Source: Eledone cirrhosa
Taxonomy: Eukaryota
Reading direction: 5' to 3'
DNA length: 64,000 nucleotides
NCBI GenBank assembly: GCA_964016885.1
Contig: CAXHJY010000397.1
Location: 62,001 to 126,000 of the forward strand
Both the position numbers and the translations under genes were made by a program. Below, piece by piece: positions 62,701-64,000 of this stretch (the stretch's first letter is position 1; each line of letters opens with the position of its first letter). The notes under the pieces were generated by a model. That model saw only the letters and a program-made list of their open reading frames with translations, was not told the origin of the DNA and searched no databases.

Positions 62701-64000
62701 TAGCTTAGCTTAGCTTAGGATAGCTTAGCTTAGCTTAGCTTAGGATAGCTTAGCTTAGGATAGCTTAGGATAGCTTAGCTTAGCTTAGCTTAGGATAGCT
62801 TAGCTTAGCTTAGCTTAGGATAGCTTAGCTTAGCTTAGGATAGCTTAGCTTAGCTTAGCTTAGGATAGCTTAGCTTAGCTTAGCTTAGGATAGCTTAGCT
62901 TAGCTTAGCTTAGGATAGCTTAGGATAGCTTAGGATAGCTTAGCTTAGCTTAGCTTAGGATAGCTTAGCTTAGCTTAGCTTAGGATAGCTTAGCTTAGCT
63001 TAGCTTAGGATAGCTTAGCTTAGCTTAGGATAGCTTAGCTTAGCTTAGCTTAGGATAGCTTAGCTTAGCTTAGCTTAGGATAGCTTAGCTTAGCTTAGCT
63101 TAGGATAGCTTAGCTTAGCTTAGGATAGCTTAGCTTAGCTTAGCTTAGGATAGCTTAGCTTAGGATAGCTTAGGATAGCTTAGCTTAGGATAGCTTAGCT
63201 TAGGATAGCTTAGGATAGCTTAGCTTAGCTTAGCTTAGGATAGCTTAGCTTAGCTTAGCTTAGGATAGCTTAGCTTAGCTTAGGATAGCTTAGCTTAGCT
63301 TAGCTTAGGATAGCTTAGCTTAGCTTAGCTTAGGATAGCTTAGGATAGCTTAGCTTAGCTTAGCTTAGGATAGCTTAGCTTAGCTTAGCTTAGGATAGCT
63401 TAGCTTAGCTTAGCTTAGGATAGCTTAGCTTAGGATAGCTTAGCTTAGGATAGCTTAGCTTAGGTTAGCTTAGCTTAGCTTAGCTTAGGATAGCTTAGGA
63501 TAGCTTAGCTTAGGATAGCTTAGCTTAGCTTAGCTTAGGATAGCTTAGCTTAGCTTAGCTTAGGATAGCTTAGCTTAGGATAGCTTAGGATTGCTTAGCT
63601 TAGCTTAGCTTAGCTTAGGATAGCTTAGCTTAGCTTAGCTTAGGATAGCTTAGCTTAGCTTAGGATAGCTTAGCTTAGCTTAGCTTAGGATAGCTTAGCT
63701 TAGCTTAGCTTAGGATAGCTTAGCTTAGCTTAGCTTAGGATAGCTTAGGATAGCTTAGGATAGCTTAGCTTAGCTTAGCTTAGGATAGCTTAGCTTAGCT
63801 TAGGATAGCTTAGCTTAGCTTAGCTTAGGATAGCTTAGCTTAGCTTAGGATAGCTTAGCTTAGCTTAGCTTAGGATAGCTTAGCTTAGCTTAGCTTAGGA
63901 TAGCTTAGCTTAGCTTAGCTTAGGATAGCTTAGCTTAGCTTAGCTTAGGATAGCTTAGCTTAGCTTAGGATAGATTAGCTTAGCTTAGGATAGCTTAGCT

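Larger units (their letters stand above)
1..64000 (+). repeat. Composite pentamer satellite (AGCTT)n-AGGAT, equivalent to (TTAGC)k-TTAGG-ATAGC; telomere-motif-like; open at both window edges
   Basis: Every line parses into AGCTT and AGGAT pentamers plus rare single-base variants. One orientation throughout; both pentamers are 40% GC; no non-repeat insert seen. Confidence 0.98.

Noticed and set aside
1-64000. Protein-coding ORFs on either strand
   Set aside because: The + strand has TAG every 5 nt, closing all frames within about 15 nt. The - strand has TAA at most pentamer junctions, leaving only short open stretches. ATG occurs only at rare variants.
1-64000. CRISPR array
   Set aside because: There are no unique spacers; the sequence between repeats is the same pentamer, and no cas genes are present.
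1-64000. Canonical telomerase-made (TTAGG)n or (TTAGGC)n tract
   Set aside because: TTAGG never exceeds two tandem copies, I saw no TTAGGC, and kb-scale blocks sharing point variants show copying of existing DNA.
1-64000. Telomere-targeting retroelements (TRAS/SART-like) or other insertions
   Set aside because: No non-repeat sequence, poly(A) tail or ORF is present.
1-64000. GATA-factor site array
   Set aside because: The context is GGATAG, which does not match the WGATAR consensus, and nothing else suggests regulation.
1-64000. G-quadruplex array
   Set aside because: There are only GG dinucleotides 10-25 nt apart and sporadic single GGG, so a stable G4 is unlikely.
1-64000. Pure sequencing artefact, synthetic sequence or an encoded binary message in the run lengths
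   Set aside because: Nested duplications with inherited and private variants look like natural satellite evolution, and duplication explains the run-length order. Copy number could still be misassembled.

Overview
The whole 64 kb window is one uninterrupted, single-orientation satellite with no unique sequence, ORFs, RNA genes or mobile elements. It is built from two pentamers, AGCTT (major) and AGGAT (minor), arranged as (AGCTT)n-AGGAT with n mostly 1-4 and at most 7 seen. In telomere phase this reads (TTAGC)k-TTAGG-ATAGC, so each unit carries one arthropod-type TTAGG among TTAGC repeats. Rare variant pentamers act as landmarks and reveal a nested hierarchy. There is a 5-bp register and a preferred 25-bp unit with two alleles. 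Above that are local tandem duplications of about 0.44, 0.56, 1.8 and 2.2 kb and a variable 5.3-6.7 kb higher-order repeat. Long-range copies sit at offsets of 13,460, about 13,750, about 16,840, 45,143 and 63,456 bp. All 29 register shifts are the same 4-nt unit, AGGT. The best reading is a telomere-motif-like satellite (terminal, interstitial or centromeric; the window cannot tell which) amplified by recombination or duplication. Coordinates were read by eye and may be off by a few bases; the organism cannot be determined.
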